Positions 24,711-35,200 of a stretch of DNA of 48,518 nt are shown here, piece after piece; position 1 is the stretch's first letter; every line of letters begins with the position of its first letter. Made by a program: the position numbers and the translations under genes. This DNA is from a virus (lineage: Duplodnaviria; Caudoviricetes), in IMG/VR virus record IMGVR_UViG_3300023076_000004, positions 1 to 48,518 of that record; one strand, 5' to 3'. The notes beneath the pieces are model-generated. The model was given only the letters and a program-made list of their open reading frames with translations. It was not told the DNA's origin and made no database searches.

Positions 24711-26147
24711 TTAGTAGTTTGACTCTACGTAAATTCTCCCTAGTCCTACTTGTATAGAGTTTACGGTTGTAAGCGCAGCGTTAGAAGCCAGTACACAACA
24801 AGTCATGGTTATAGTAGCAGTTGGCAAGTTGGTATTTATAGTGCCGGTAGCTTCTACGCCCGTTTCAAGGTTCTTAATGTACCAACTTACAACTGTGCCG
24901 TTCGGATCACAACTTATGCGGCAATCAAAACCAACTGAACTACTTAGCGACAAGCCGGTAGCTTGCCGCGTAGTGGTAGTAGTGTTCCGTGACATGAAAA
25001 ATATCGCGCCGTTATCGGTTGTATCTACCGCGAAGCCTAAAGATTGGTTGTTTACACTTGGCTCAGCGGTCACGACGTTGTTTGTAGAGGCAGAAAGACC
25101 CGCAAACATTCTTCCACCATTCGTCCACGTATCAAAGCCAAAAACGGATTCATAAAAGAACCCGCCCTTGTTAGCAACGTTTCCGATAAAAAATAATGTT
25201 TCGGTGTTTCGCTGGCCTAGTACCTGGTTAGTGGTTGTAACTATGTTGGAATAGATAGCTCGCTTTATGCCTGCATAAACGCTGCCCGCAGCCGCAGGCA
25301 ACAGCGTTGAATAAGTGCCATTGCCTGAACCCGTTGTACCTACCCATAAACCTGCGGTCGCAGCAGTAGGGCGCCATAAAAATACGGCCTTAGTGTATAA
25401 AGTATTTGGGCCTACTGGACCTTGCGCACCCGTTAAGCCCTGTATACCCTGTGCACCTGTAGCGCCGGTTAAACCTTGTATACCTTGTGCACCAGTGGCG
25501 CCAGTTGTACCTTGTATGCCTTGAGCACCGGTAGCACCCGCAGGGCCTGTTAGACCTATAGGGCCTTGCGCTCCTGTATCGCCCGTATCACCTTTGGGGC
25601 CTTGGGCACCTGTAGCGCCAGCGGCGCCAGTAGGACCTTGAATACCTTGGATGCCCTGCGCTCCGTTTGATCCGCTGGCGCCTGTTGCGCCTGTTGCGCC
25701 TGTTGCGCCTGTTGCCCCTGTGTCGCCTTTCGGTCCTTGAATACCTTCAGGGCCCGTTTCCCCCTGGTCGCCTTTTCCGCCGGTTGCGCCTGTATTGCCA
25801 GTGTTACCTTTCGGTCCTATTGCGCCTTGTATACCTTGCGGGCCCTCGGGGCCTTCCGGTCCTGTTTCGCCCGTGTCGCCCTTTGGGCCGGTTAGGCCTG
25901 TTGGTCCCGCTACACCTTGCGCGCCTATTGCGCCCGCTGGACCTGTTGCACCCGTAAGACCTGTTGGTCCCTGTGGGCCTTGGGGTCCTGGTTCGCCTTG
26001 ATCACCTTGTGGGCCCGCCGGACCTTCGGGGCCGGGAACAGTACTAACCGAAAACCCTTGAGAGACTACAGCAACCGTTAAGCTCGGCTGCTCAATTACG
26101 CCTAAAACTTCCTGCGTTAAAATACCAACTACAATAGGCTCACTCAT
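24711..26147 (-). CDS. collagen-like tail fibre with C-terminal globular domain
   Basis: Roughly 65-70 uninterrupted Gly-X-Y triplets, then a Thr/Asn-rich beta domain; end of the late operon. Confidence 0.85.
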   Translation of the reverse strand: MSEPIVVGILTQEVLGVIEQPSLTVAVVSQGFSVSTVPGPEGPAGPQGDQGEPGPQGPQGPTGLTGATGPAGAIGAQGVAGPTGLTGPKGDTGETGPEGPEGPQGIQGAIGPKGNTGNTGATGGKGDQGETGPEGIQGPKGDTGATGATGATGATGASGSNGAQGIQGIQGPTGAAGATGAQGPKGDTGDTGAQGPIGLTGPAGATGAQGIQGTTGATGAQGIQGLTGATGAQGIQGLTGAQGPVGPNTLYTKAVFLWRPTAATAGLWVGTTGSGNGTYSTLLPAAAGSVYAGIKRAIYSNIVTTTNQVLGQRNTETLFFIGNVANKGGFFYESVFGFDTWTNGGRMFAGLSASTNNVVTAEPSVNNQSLGFAVDTTDNGAIFFMSRNTTTTTRQATGLSLSSSVGFDCRISCDPNGTVVSWYIKNLETGVEATGTINTNLPTATITMTCCVLASNAALTTVNSIQVGLGRIYVESNY

Positions 26148-26473
26148 GGGGTTTCAGCCTTTCTAACGGGTAAAGCAATAGTGTCGCTGTGGACTATGGT
26201 GCCGTCTACCGCTACGTGTTTTATATCAAAGCGAAGCGTTTTTACTGGCCATGATTGGGTTTGCGCTGCGGTAGCTGAAAGCTTCCACACTTTATACTCA
26301 ACGGTGTCGTCCAAAGGGGTTACGGTCAAATCTTCTACTTCGTCGCCGTTGGATTGGTTAACCTGTGCAAGTACTGTTGAAATAGTTGCGCCAAACGCTA
26401 GCGGCAGCGACCAAGTTGCCGCAAACGTATCGCCTCTTTTTATACCGGGTAGTTCCTGAATTATTTCACTCAT
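26144..26473 (-). CDS. BppU-like fibre adaptor
   Basis: IKRGDTF...[10 protein letters not shown].....FDI.......HS.T..L.V pattern; precedes the collagen fibre. Confidence 0.7.
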   Translation of the reverse strand: MSEIIQELPGIKRGDTFAATWSLPLAFGATISTVLAQVNQSNGDEVEDLTVTPLDDTVEYKVWKLSATAAQTQSWPVKTLRFDIKHVAVDGTIVHSDTIALPVRKAETP

Positions 26474-27474
26474 TGGATGAACTCTACAAATTGTACTTCC
26501 TGTACGAAATCAAAACCGCCCGTAGTCGAGCCGCCCTCGCCTACCGTAAAATTGACTTTGTGCATAATGCCTTCGTCGTCTCTTAACCATGCTATGTAGT
26601 CGCCTAATGCCCAATCTGTTAGGGTTAAATCACGGTTGAGTATACCGGTGCCGTCGTTTATGACATGGGCCTGCGTTATTACTGTATCGCCGCTAACGGC
26701 CTTACCAATAGACCAGGGGCCTGTATTCATATCCAGTACGTTTACGTACTGCCAGCCTGCCAATGTATCCAAAACGCTTTCGTAGGGTTCACTTTCGTTT
26801 ACGCCATCGCGGGCTATCGCGTAAACCGTACCCATAAGCGGATAGCTTTCACCATTTACAAATCCCGCTACCGTGATCGTGCCGTCGCCGTCTGGCGCGT
26901 TCGCGGCAGCAATAGCCTTTCCGCCTACGGTAGTCGCGATAGTTAAATCGCCGAGCCCGCTGGTTTGAATGTTTGCAATTCCGCCTACGCGTAAAGGGCT
27001 CGTTAAGGAATCTATCGTATAGCTTTCGCCTTCTGTACCGTTGCCCCACAATTGCATTTGGTCAATGCCGAAATCTTCCTCCGTAGTTATGTTAGCGCTT
27101 GGGGCTAGGTAGGTTCCGCCATCATATCTATCGACGGGGATATCGCCATTAGAAAGATAACGAAAATAAAACTCTTTGCAATATGCACATAGCTTATAAG
27201 TAAGCCCTGCTTCTATCGCAACGGGGGTTTCAAGCGTTCCAGTAATGGCACCCTCGGCTGGTGCCACTTCGCCGGTAATACCCAATAAAGCGCCCGCGCC
27301 TGAATAAACGAGAAAGATTAAATTACTGTCTGAACCGTTATCTAAATAACTTATTGTTTCCAGCGAACCTGATACGGCGGCCACATAATCGCGGCATATT
27401 AATCGCGTACCGCTATTGCCGTTAGCAAGAGAAGGTTCGCCCGTAGTTTCTACCGTACCGATTAATAATGTCAT
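26470..27474 (-). CDS. putative minor tail/structural protein
   Basis: Acidic G/T-rich beta-type protein; ATGA overlaps in the tail-tip cluster. Confidence 0.7.
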   Translation of the reverse strand: MTLLIGTVETTGEPSLANGNSGTRLICRDYVAAVSGSLETISYLDNGSDSNLIFLVYSGAGALLGITGEVAPAEGAITGTLETPVAIEAGLTYKLCAYCKEFYFRYLSNGDIPVDRYDGGTYLAPSANITTEEDFGIDQMQLWGNGTEGESYTIDSLTSPLRVGGIANIQTSGLGDLTIATTVGGKAIAAANAPDGDGTITVAGFVNGESYPLMGTVYAIARDGVNESEPYESVLDTLAGWQYVNVLDMNTGPWSIGKAVSGDTVITQAHVINDGTGILNRDLTLTDWALGDYIAWLRDDEGIMHKVNFTVGEGGSTTGGFDFVQEVQFVEFIQ

Positions 27475-29003
27475 TTAACTTCGGCTCCTGCGGTGCCTAG
27501 ATTAGGCGTTTTTCGAATCACTAAATTGTTGTTCGAGTCTACCAAATTACCGGAAGGTATGCCGCTAATGTTTCCAGTATCCGTAAACTGGCCGTTATAA
27601 GAATCAAGCTCTATACCGTGGTTTGTAGTAACAGGTGTTACCAAAACATTGTTACTTATGGTGACTTTGTTACCCGCATTATTAAGCGTATTGGTTAAAC
27701 CGATGGCGCCCGTTAATTCACTGAATAGCGTATTCCGGTAAATATACCGATGCATGCCAAAATCAGTCTGCTCATATCCTACCGTTAATGGGAAATCGGC
27801 GTCGCCCGCAAACCGATAAGAGTTATAGCAGGCTTCGAAGTTATCCATTGGGAAATTGCCTTCGTAGGCATCCCATCTAATTAACTTGGCTGTATTGGTT
27901 GAATTTAAGCTGGTATTGCGCCGATGGGTAACGTGATCGCAGTTTGTTTTTTCGTAAAAACCGTGCGAAAGACTGTGTACGCCTTCTTGGTAATTGATAA
28001 TTTTATTAGCTTCAATAACTTTATATTGCTGCGAGTATCCCAACAATAAATCACGGTCGCGAATATCTTTAAACTCGTTACCGTAAATTACGGTATAGAA
28101 AGAATTATCAGGACTATCTAATGCTGCGTGCTGATCCGCCCAAAAGAGAATCGCCGAATTGCTAGGGGTAACATTTGTGTTTTCAAGGTTCGCGCCGTTA
28201 AACTTATTTCTGAAGAAAGTTACACGGCTTGAAGTATCAAATAAAAACCATTGCTGATCGTCCGCGCCATCTGTATCCAGCACTAGATTAATATCAGACA
28301 ACCATAAATCTGTAGTGCTATTACAATAGATAGCCGCTACTTTCCAGTTTACTTGCTCATCGCCGTAAGGCACCCACACACGCGGAAAACCGTTTAAACC
28401 CGCCGCAAAAGCGCTGGCGTTTATAGTGCCTTCTCTAACCAAAACACATTTTGTCGATTTACCCTCAAGCGAAGCTTCAGTATTGTAAGGGCTTTCTAAT
28501 GTGCCCGAACCGTTTACGCCTGCATTTTTATCCAGTGCTAACCAAGCGGGTGTGCCTACAACAAGTGACCAAGCTATCGTTTTAACAACGTTGTTTTGAT
28601 CGGTTACGCGGATGTTTATAGAGTAAGTGCCTTCTACCGGATTACGGATATTTAAAATGCCGTAATCGTCTAACGCTAATAACTTGTCGCCCACTTTTAA
28701 AAGCTGATTCCCTATAGAAGCGCCAGGCGGCCCTTCCAATAACTCGTAGTAAAAAGGCCATGCTCCGCCTTGAACGACGATAGGAACCGCATAAGGTTGA
28801 CCGGGGTAAGCGTTACGGTGGCGCGCGTGCGCTGCTGTTTCGCTGCTTGGGCGGGGGTGAACTATAACAGGCGCCATGTAACCTTCGAAATGGCCTACGG
28901 CAAGCTTCCAGCTATTTGCCGGTACTTGGTCAACAGAGCTACCGCGATTGTCCACCACAGTAGCTTTGCTGAATTTTATCTTTATGCTTGAAGCTACTGG
29001 CAT
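27471..29003 (-). CDS. putative tailspike/depolymerase (Ig-like domain plus right-handed beta-helix)
   Basis: GG..P.YY.L..GPPG.SI Ig-like N-terminus; Asn-ladder motifs (IYGNEF, IEANKI, IYRNTL, ISNNVL). Confidence 0.6.
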   Translation of the reverse strand: MPVASSIKIKFSKATVVDNRGSSVDQVPANSWKLAVGHFEGYMAPVIVHPRPSSETAAHARHRNAYPGQPYAVPIVVQGGAWPFYYELLEGPPGASIGNQLLKVGDKLLALDDYGILNIRNPVEGTYSINIRVTDQNNVVKTIAWSLVVGTPAWLALDKNAGVNGSGTLESPYNTEASLEGKSTKCVLVREGTINASAFAAGLNGFPRVWVPYGDEQVNWKVAAIYCNSTTDLWLSDINLVLDTDGADDQQWFLFDTSSRVTFFRNKFNGANLENTNVTPSNSAILFWADQHAALDSPDNSFYTVIYGNEFKDIRDRDLLLGYSQQYKVIEANKIINYQEGVHSLSHGFYEKTNCDHVTHRRNTSLNSTNTAKLIRWDAYEGNFPMDNFEACYNSYRFAGDADFPLTVGYEQTDFGMHRYIYRNTLFSELTGAIGLTNTLNNAGNKVTISNNVLVTPVTTNHGIELDSYNGQFTDTGNISGIPSGNLVDSNNNLVIRKTPNLGTAGAEVK

Positions 29004-29125
29004 AATAAAACCTTCTTAGTAACTGTTAGAGTATAGGGGTGACGTGCTGCTGTATTTTCCAGTAGAAGGATTACGAACCGCAATCCCCTTAAATCTGCCG
29101 TCGCTGCCATTTATAAAACTCCAAT

Positions 29126-30229
29126 TTACTCGATTACTGCATAACAGTTTAAAGCGCCGCTTATGGAAACCCCCGAAGCAATGGTAAATCCAAGTGCTAC
29201 AAGTTTATCGTTTACAACTGTATTTCTGTTAAAAGTAAAATTATTATGTAAACCTTCATATTCTGTACTGTAATAACCGTCAGAACTTAGTAACCGCTCG
29301 GTATAAGTCCATGTATCTAAGGTTTGTAAACCCTTGCGGTAGTCATTCGCCGCTATGGTGTTGCCTATGGAACCGTAAGAAGATATATATCCATCGGTAA
29401 CACTATCAAAAAAGCTTGACGGCCCGTTTTCAAAACCGTTGTCAGTTATTTCGTCAAGCCCCCTTAAACAAGAATTAGTGGAAAGCAGCAGGTTACTTAA
29501 AACGCCTGTTACATGGTCTACATTCACCGTAAAAGATAGGTATTCCGATTCACTGTTGTCTATCACGGAGAATCCCATTACGAGTTGCCCGCTTGTATAA
29601 TCAATGGCTGCGCCGTTACACCCCCGAGTCGGTAAAAAATAAAATTGCGCATCTATGCCGAGTGTGTCTAAGTTTATTTCTACCGGAAGTACATCAGCAT
29701 CGGTGGGATTGCTGTACGTTATAATATTTACGGTGATAGCTCGCTCGGGGGTGTCGGTCATGTTTACAGGGTGTAAAACAATTTTACCCTCTTCTATTAT
29801 AGTTAGCCCGTGATGCGCAGCGCCTTGACCTAAATCTATTTTTGCTACCGTTACCCCCGAATATAAAGTACAAGTAGCCTCCCAAGTAGCCAAATCAGGA
29901 ACTATGGACTCGTTAACGTTGCAAGGAGTTATGTATATACCGTAACCATCTTGGTCATAACAAATGGCGTAGTCCCCGTTTACCAGTTTTACCACTAAAG
30001 ACGCGAGTTCATCCCCGCCTTCAACTACTCTATAGCTCTGGTATATTTCGGTGCATGTGCCGGTTAAGATATTGATACTAGGAGCTAAGGCGGGCAAATC
30101 GTAGTCCTCTACCGCCGAATAAGCCGAATGTACAGGTAACTCCGCAAAAAGACGTAAGTTGCCGTTTGGCGGTTCAGGTGTCGGACCGCCGCCTACTAGG
30201 CCTGTCGCTATTACACCTAAACTAATCAT
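29126..30229 (-). CDS. putative tail receptor-binding/minor tail protein
   Basis: M..LGVIA N-terminus typical of the partner of the upstream 151-aa gene; AT-rich by eye. Confidence 0.65.
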   Translation of the reverse strand: MISLGVIATGLVGGGPTPEPPNGNLRLFAELPVHSAYSAVEDYDLPALAPSINILTGTCTEIYQSYRVVEGGDELASLVVKLVNGDYAICYDQDGYGIYITPCNVNESIVPDLATWEATCTLYSGVTVAKIDLGQGAAHHGLTIIEEGKIVLHPVNMTDTPERAITVNIITYSNPTDADVLPVEINLDTLGIDAQFYFLPTRGCNGAAIDYTSGQLVMGFSVIDNSESEYLSFTVNVDHVTGVLSNLLLSTNSCLRGLDEITDNGFENGPSSFFDSVTDGYISSYGSIGNTIAANDYRKGLQTLDTWTYTERLLSSDGYYSTEYEGLHNNFTFNRNTVVNDKLVALGFTIASGVSISGALNCYAVIE

Positions 30230-30681
30230 TCTGCTACTACCTGGCCGATAAGGTCATAGGTATCTGTACCCACTCTAACCAATGTAACTGTGCCATTCGG
30301 AGGAACTACAAGTGTTCCGCCGTTAGGCGGATTTATCGTTACCCCGTCCGCTACTATCGTTAAGTTTCCGCTATCTGCATTACGTATATTCCACGCGCCT
30401 TCTGTGCCCGCCGACCCTGATACCGTTACAGTCTTCTCGCTTGATGCCGTAAAACGAATATATTTACCCGTATCGGCATCGCTTAATGTGTATTCGGTAT
30501 CGGCTTTAGTCAGTAAAGGGTAAGCGCCCACGTTGCTGTTAAGCCATGCTACTAGCGCGTTTACTGCCGTAGTCCAGCCAGTGAGTGCTGCTACCCAAGC
30601 GAACGCACGAGAGTTAAAAACGTTTGTCGGGTCCGTAGGGGCGGGGGCCGTGGGCAGAGTGGGTATAGTAGGTGCGGCCAT
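30226..30681 (-). CDS. minor tail protein (fibre adaptor)
   Basis: LPTAP...DP..F..RA.A N-terminus; YTL...D.GK.I...TL......LIG C-terminal domain. Confidence 0.75.
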   Translation of the reverse strand: MAAPTIPTLPTAPAPTDPTNVFNSRAFAWVAALTGWTTAVNALVAWLNSNVGAYPLLTKADTEYTLSDADTGKYIRFTASSEKTVTVSGSAGTEGAWNIRNADSGNLTIVADGVTINPPNGGTLVVPPNGTVTLVRVGTDTYDLIGQVVAE

Positions 30682-30682
30682 G

Positions 30683-32275
30683 TTAAATACTCTCTACTTG
30701 AATGGTTAAATCCGAGCGCTTCGGCCCTGATATTATGATGGAAAAGTCACGGTAAAAGCCATAGATAACGGTTGAAGCAAATTGCTCGTCGCCTATGTAA
30801 AGCGTAGGAGTAGCGCGAGCCGCCGTTAATATCGCTTTTACATTGTCGATAGTGGAAGTAGGTATTTGTACATCGAAATCAGCGCGGTCTATATATCGCC
30901 TTTCAAGGATAAAATTATTACCGAAAGGGTCGCGCTCTTTTCGGGAAAAATCGACTATTCCCACGGAAGTTCCATACCGTGCACAGCCTATCTCTACAGC
31001 TTCACCTACAATCATTTTACCTATTTTAGCGGGGAACGCATCTCCGTCTAAAACCATTTCTATCGTTGACGGTTGAACGCTTGGTAAATCTGTTAGTACT
31101 AATGTTTTTATGTTGGAACGGGTGGCGAAGAAAAATGACCACCAATCGCTAGACGGTGTAGATTGGAGTAAATCTTCGTAATGGTCATAAACTACTGCAC
31201 CAAACGCGTCACGCATAATAATACGCACATTATTGGCATCTATATTTAAAAGAGTAACGGACGTAACAATTTGATCTAGTTCTAAAAGCACTTGTACAGT
31301 GTTACTTGAATCGGTGCTTACCGTTTGCTTGTCTGGTCCGACATTCATATCGAACATGCGCCAGCGATTAGTAGCGCCTTGGTCTATCCATTCTTCAGGG
31401 TGGTCCGGCGGGTACTTATTAGTGTTAGCACCGATTGACTCAAATAATTTGTGTACCTGCCCTAAGACTACTACTTGGTTACCCGCAGTGTAAGCGTCGT
31501 CCTCGTCCCATAAAGGGGCGTCATTTTCGTCTACGTTGCTAGTGACAACGCGAGGGGGTTCTTCTATCGCTATATCCGCTGCACGATAGCTAAAAGCGCC
31601 CCCCGGCGGGGAATCCATATCAACCATATAACTAGAAGGCAACAAATCCGACGTTGTAAGCTCTACTTGGTGGCCGTCAAAAATTACACCGCCAATTTGC
31701 CCTATGGACGGCCCGCTTACCGCCAATCTAACCTTATTAGTGCTTGCGGTATAGTCGGCAACAGAAAATCTAAACCAACCGTTGGGCAATGCCTGCGCGC
31801 GAGCAGAGCCATTAAGGTTTGATAAAATCGCCCCCGTTTGCACATTAAATCGCCCGTAGTTAAAACCGCCTATACCCATATACAAAAGAGAATTTGTATA
31901 GGTTGGGTACTGCTTGGCGTAAATAGAAAAAACATAGGCGCCTGCCGGAACGTCATACGTCGCACTAGCGCCGCTCCCATCATCCCTAAACCCGTATTTA
32001 AATTCTAACGTTACGCCGTCCACGCCGATTGCGGGGCCGCTAGTGCCTAAATCTTCCTGTCCGTTAGCATCCCAATCCAGCGTTGAGCTAGTGCCGTAAT
32101 TAACGCCTGCCTCTTCATAAATAGGCCCTATAAAATCAAGTGTAGTAGGGTTATAACCTAGGCGTAAAGTATCCGCCGGAGCTATGGATAAAAATCCGTC
32201 CTGATCGTAGTAGGTAGCTTCGCTAGCGCGCGTAGAATCAAAATTTCTAAAAATTATAGGTTTAACTATTTTCAA
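30683..32275 (-). CDS. tail-tip protein with carbohydrate-binding-like inserts (probable TTG start 32275)
   Basis: KIVKP start overlapping the TMP stop; TRAS.ATY.D..G motif; W...Y..G..V (CBM5/12-like); GATNRWRMFD; GIVDFSRKE.D.FGN. Confidence 0.75.
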   Translation of the reverse strand: MKIVKPIIFRNFDSTRASEATYYDQDGFLSIAPADTLRLGYNPTTLDFIGPIYEEAGVNYGTSSTLDWDANGQEDLGTSGPAIGVDGVTLEFKYGFRDDGSGASATYDVPAGAYVFSIYAKQYPTYTNSLLYMGIGGFNYGRFNVQTGAILSNLNGSARAQALPNGWFRFSVADYTASTNKVRLAVSGPSIGQIGGVIFDGHQVELTTSDLLPSSYMVDMDSPPGGAFSYRAADIAIEEPPRVVTSNVDENDAPLWDEDDAYTAGNQVVVLGQVHKLFESIGANTNKYPPDHPEEWIDQGATNRWRMFDMNVGPDKQTVSTDSSNTVQVLLELDQIVTSVTLLNIDANNVRIIMRDAFGAVVYDHYEDLLQSTPSSDWWSFFFATRSNIKTLVLTDLPSVQPSTIEMVLDGDAFPAKIGKMIVGEAVEIGCARYGTSVGIVDFSRKERDPFGNNFILERRYIDRADFDVQIPTSTIDNVKAILTAARATPTLYIGDEQFASTVIYGFYRDFSIIISGPKRSDLTIQVESI

Positions 32276-35200
32276 GATACGCTCTCCGCTGGCATTCCGT
32301 CGGCATCCCAACGCTGCAATATTTTAGCAGTGTTTAACGTGTTTTTGGCGATAGCAAATTGAGAAGCTTCTAGTTGCTCGGTAAGTGTATCAATTCTATA
32401 AAGTAACTCATTAACGCTAGTCGTTGAAAGGCTTTGAGTCGCAGCCACATAATCCTGGGATTGAGCTACCTGCGACTTTTCGTAAGTATAACTTAATTCA
32501 GGTGCAGCCATAGGGGCGCTAACATTTATACCTGCTTCAGCCAATGTATTATTCAACTGGTCTATCGCCGTACGCACTGACAATACGCTGGTATTAACAT
32601 CGTCAAGCTTATCGATTTGGGTTTGGTAAAACTTAAGTAGGTCGTCTAGTGCGGTTACTTGGGCGTTTAATGCTTCGAGATTTTGTTCTTCGTAACTTTG
32701 CTGCTCGCCGGTAGCGTCCGCCAATTCTTTGATGTTTTTAGATGTGGTGTAAAAGTCGCGTGCGTAGTCTTCGAAGCTCGCGTACAAATCCTGGCTAGGC
32801 TGCGTAAGCAAAGACAATGCATCGTCGAGCTGGCCTTCTTTTGGGAGAGGGCCGCCCGCTTTTGCGATAGCATTTGCCGCGATAATTTGCGCTTGGGCTT
32901 GGCGACGCGTAGCCAATTCGGCTTTTGACGACTGTAAGGTCATTGACTTAAGCGCAGAGTTCAGGCTGTCCGCTACCGCCTTGGTAGAGCTAAGCGCGTT
33001 GGTAGCAGTATCTATTTGTTTTTGAATCGCTTCTTTTTGCTTATCGGCGGCTTTGGATAATGCGCCGTAGGCATCATTAGCAGCGGCCTTTTTGGTGTCG
33101 CTCTCTTTCTCAAGTGCGGTTATGTATTGATCGGTAGCCCCACTAAGTTTAATAAGCGCGGCAAATTGTTTTTGCCCTGCGTCAGTAGCAAGGTTTATAC
33201 CCGAAATAATATCTTTGAAACCTTCACGGCTGCTCGGTAGAGCTACACCTAGTTCTTTAAATGCGGCGCTAAGCGCGGTTTGGTTCGCTAAAAACTTATC
33301 GGTTTCGCTGAAAAATTTATCGTAGTATACCGCTAGCGAGCCCGCCAACTGATCGAAACCGCCCGCCGCATCTGCGATAGCTTGGGTCGCGTATACCGCA
33401 TTAACGCCTACAGCCTGGAAATTAAGCTTTAAAGTTTCGGCGTATTTACCGAATATTTGAGTCTCGGAAGCCAAACGAATCATCGTTTCAAAAGCCGATT
33501 CCCCGATTTTTTGGAAGTCTTCTAAAACACTTGTTCCGCCTAAAAGCACTTCGGCCCAATTATCCAAAGTGCTGCCGAAGAAAGATTCAATTTCTTTTAC
33601 AAGCGCATCGCCTTCTAAACCCTTCAGTGAAAGGTCCTGCGTTTTTACGGTTAGATCACCTATGAAATTGTCAAAATTAGTCCCGAATACCCCGGACGCT
33701 TCTTTAAGTGCTACGCTGGCATTTCTAAACACATCGCTAAATTGTTCGGCAAAAACCGCGTCTAGCTCTTCCTGTGATCTTTTTACCTTGGTGGAGGTTT
33801 TAACACCTAAAACTTTCTTGGTAGTTTTTACATCAGCATAGTTAAAAGCCTCAATAGTTGCACCGGCTAGGATATCAGCAAGCGAAGTACCGATAATGGA
33901 AATACCGGAATCAATAACCTTTTTGGACTTACTGAATATAGCGTCAAGAATAGTGTTGTTAATCGCCCCGCCAAACTCAGTCGCAAAACGTCCGGCCTGA
34001 GCCATAAAATTATTTAGTGGATCGTTTTGAGTAACGGTATTACCGAAGTCAAAAGCGTCACTACTCAAGCCGCGTTTACCCTGCTTTATACCCAAGGCGT
34101 TATAGTCGGCCGCGCCCACTAAAGTTTTGGCGAAACCTGCGGCAACATCTTGTATGCCTGAACGAATATCTAGCAACGCTGCCAGCATGTTTTCGTTTAT
34201 GCCTAAAACATCGCTATCGCGGTTATTTAGAAGCGTAATACTATCGCCGATGGCCTGCGATTTTTTATTGCCCTCGCCTAATACTTTTGTTAACGACTGA
34301 TTAGCTTGCTTGTAACCTGAAGCCATAGTGGCAAATTTAGCGTCCTGCTTTTTATTCCATATAGTCACGCCTGCGACAACCGCAAGCGCTACGGCTGCAT
34401 AAATGCCGCCCGCCGCTAAAGCACCGCTAGCACCCTGCCCGCTGCTTCCTGCGCTTCCGGCAACACTCTGTGCACCAGATGAGGCTGCGCCTGATAAAAC
34501 TTGCTGGAACTTAAGGAGAATGGGTTTAGTAACAGCCTGGTGCGCCATTTCGGCGAGCATCTTTTTAAAGCTGCCCACTATGCTATCAGCGACACCGGCA
34601 AAGCCATCTTCTAAATGCAGCCAAGTGTCAGCGAAAGCAGTGTCGATACGCTCTACCGCATCTTTGGTTAGTTCGGTGGCGGTCTTTAGCTTCTCTTGTG
34701 ATTCCAAAACCTTTTCATTATTGATAAGGGTTTGAGCTTGGGCGCTTTCAATGCCCCCGTAGACTTTTAAAATGTTATTGCGAATATCATATTCAAGTTG
34801 CGCAGCTTTTGACGTCTCGCCCGACAAAGCGATAGAACGCTCTTGCTGTTTTATCATGTCGGCAATTTGCGCTTGCTGGCCAAATTGTTCAACGAGCTTT
34901 TTATTGTTGATTAGCTTCTCACGGTCTTGGCCGTTGAGAACATCATTGAGTTGAATCAGACCGTTTTTAAGGTCGTATTCGTATTGAACCGATTCTAGTT
35001 GGCCCTTGTCGCCCATAGCGGCAATATCAACCGCACGTTGACTTTCCATTAGAATTTTATCGCGCTCGTGCAAATCTGCGATATTAGCCAAGTTTATTAG
35101 TTGTTCTTTTTGCGCTTGGTTAAGCTCTTTCAGGTTTCCTTTTTCAGTTTCATAGCGGACGTCTGCCGCTTTAGAAACGACATTATAAAGATCAACTTCT

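Noticed and set aside
25315-26001. Plus-strand Pro/Cys-rich ORFs
   Set aside because: Antisense shadows of the Gly-X-Y collagen codons.
24711-30229. Diversity-generating retroelement or invertible tail-fibre cassette
   Set aside because: No reverse transcriptase, invertase or TR/VR repeat pair was found by eye.
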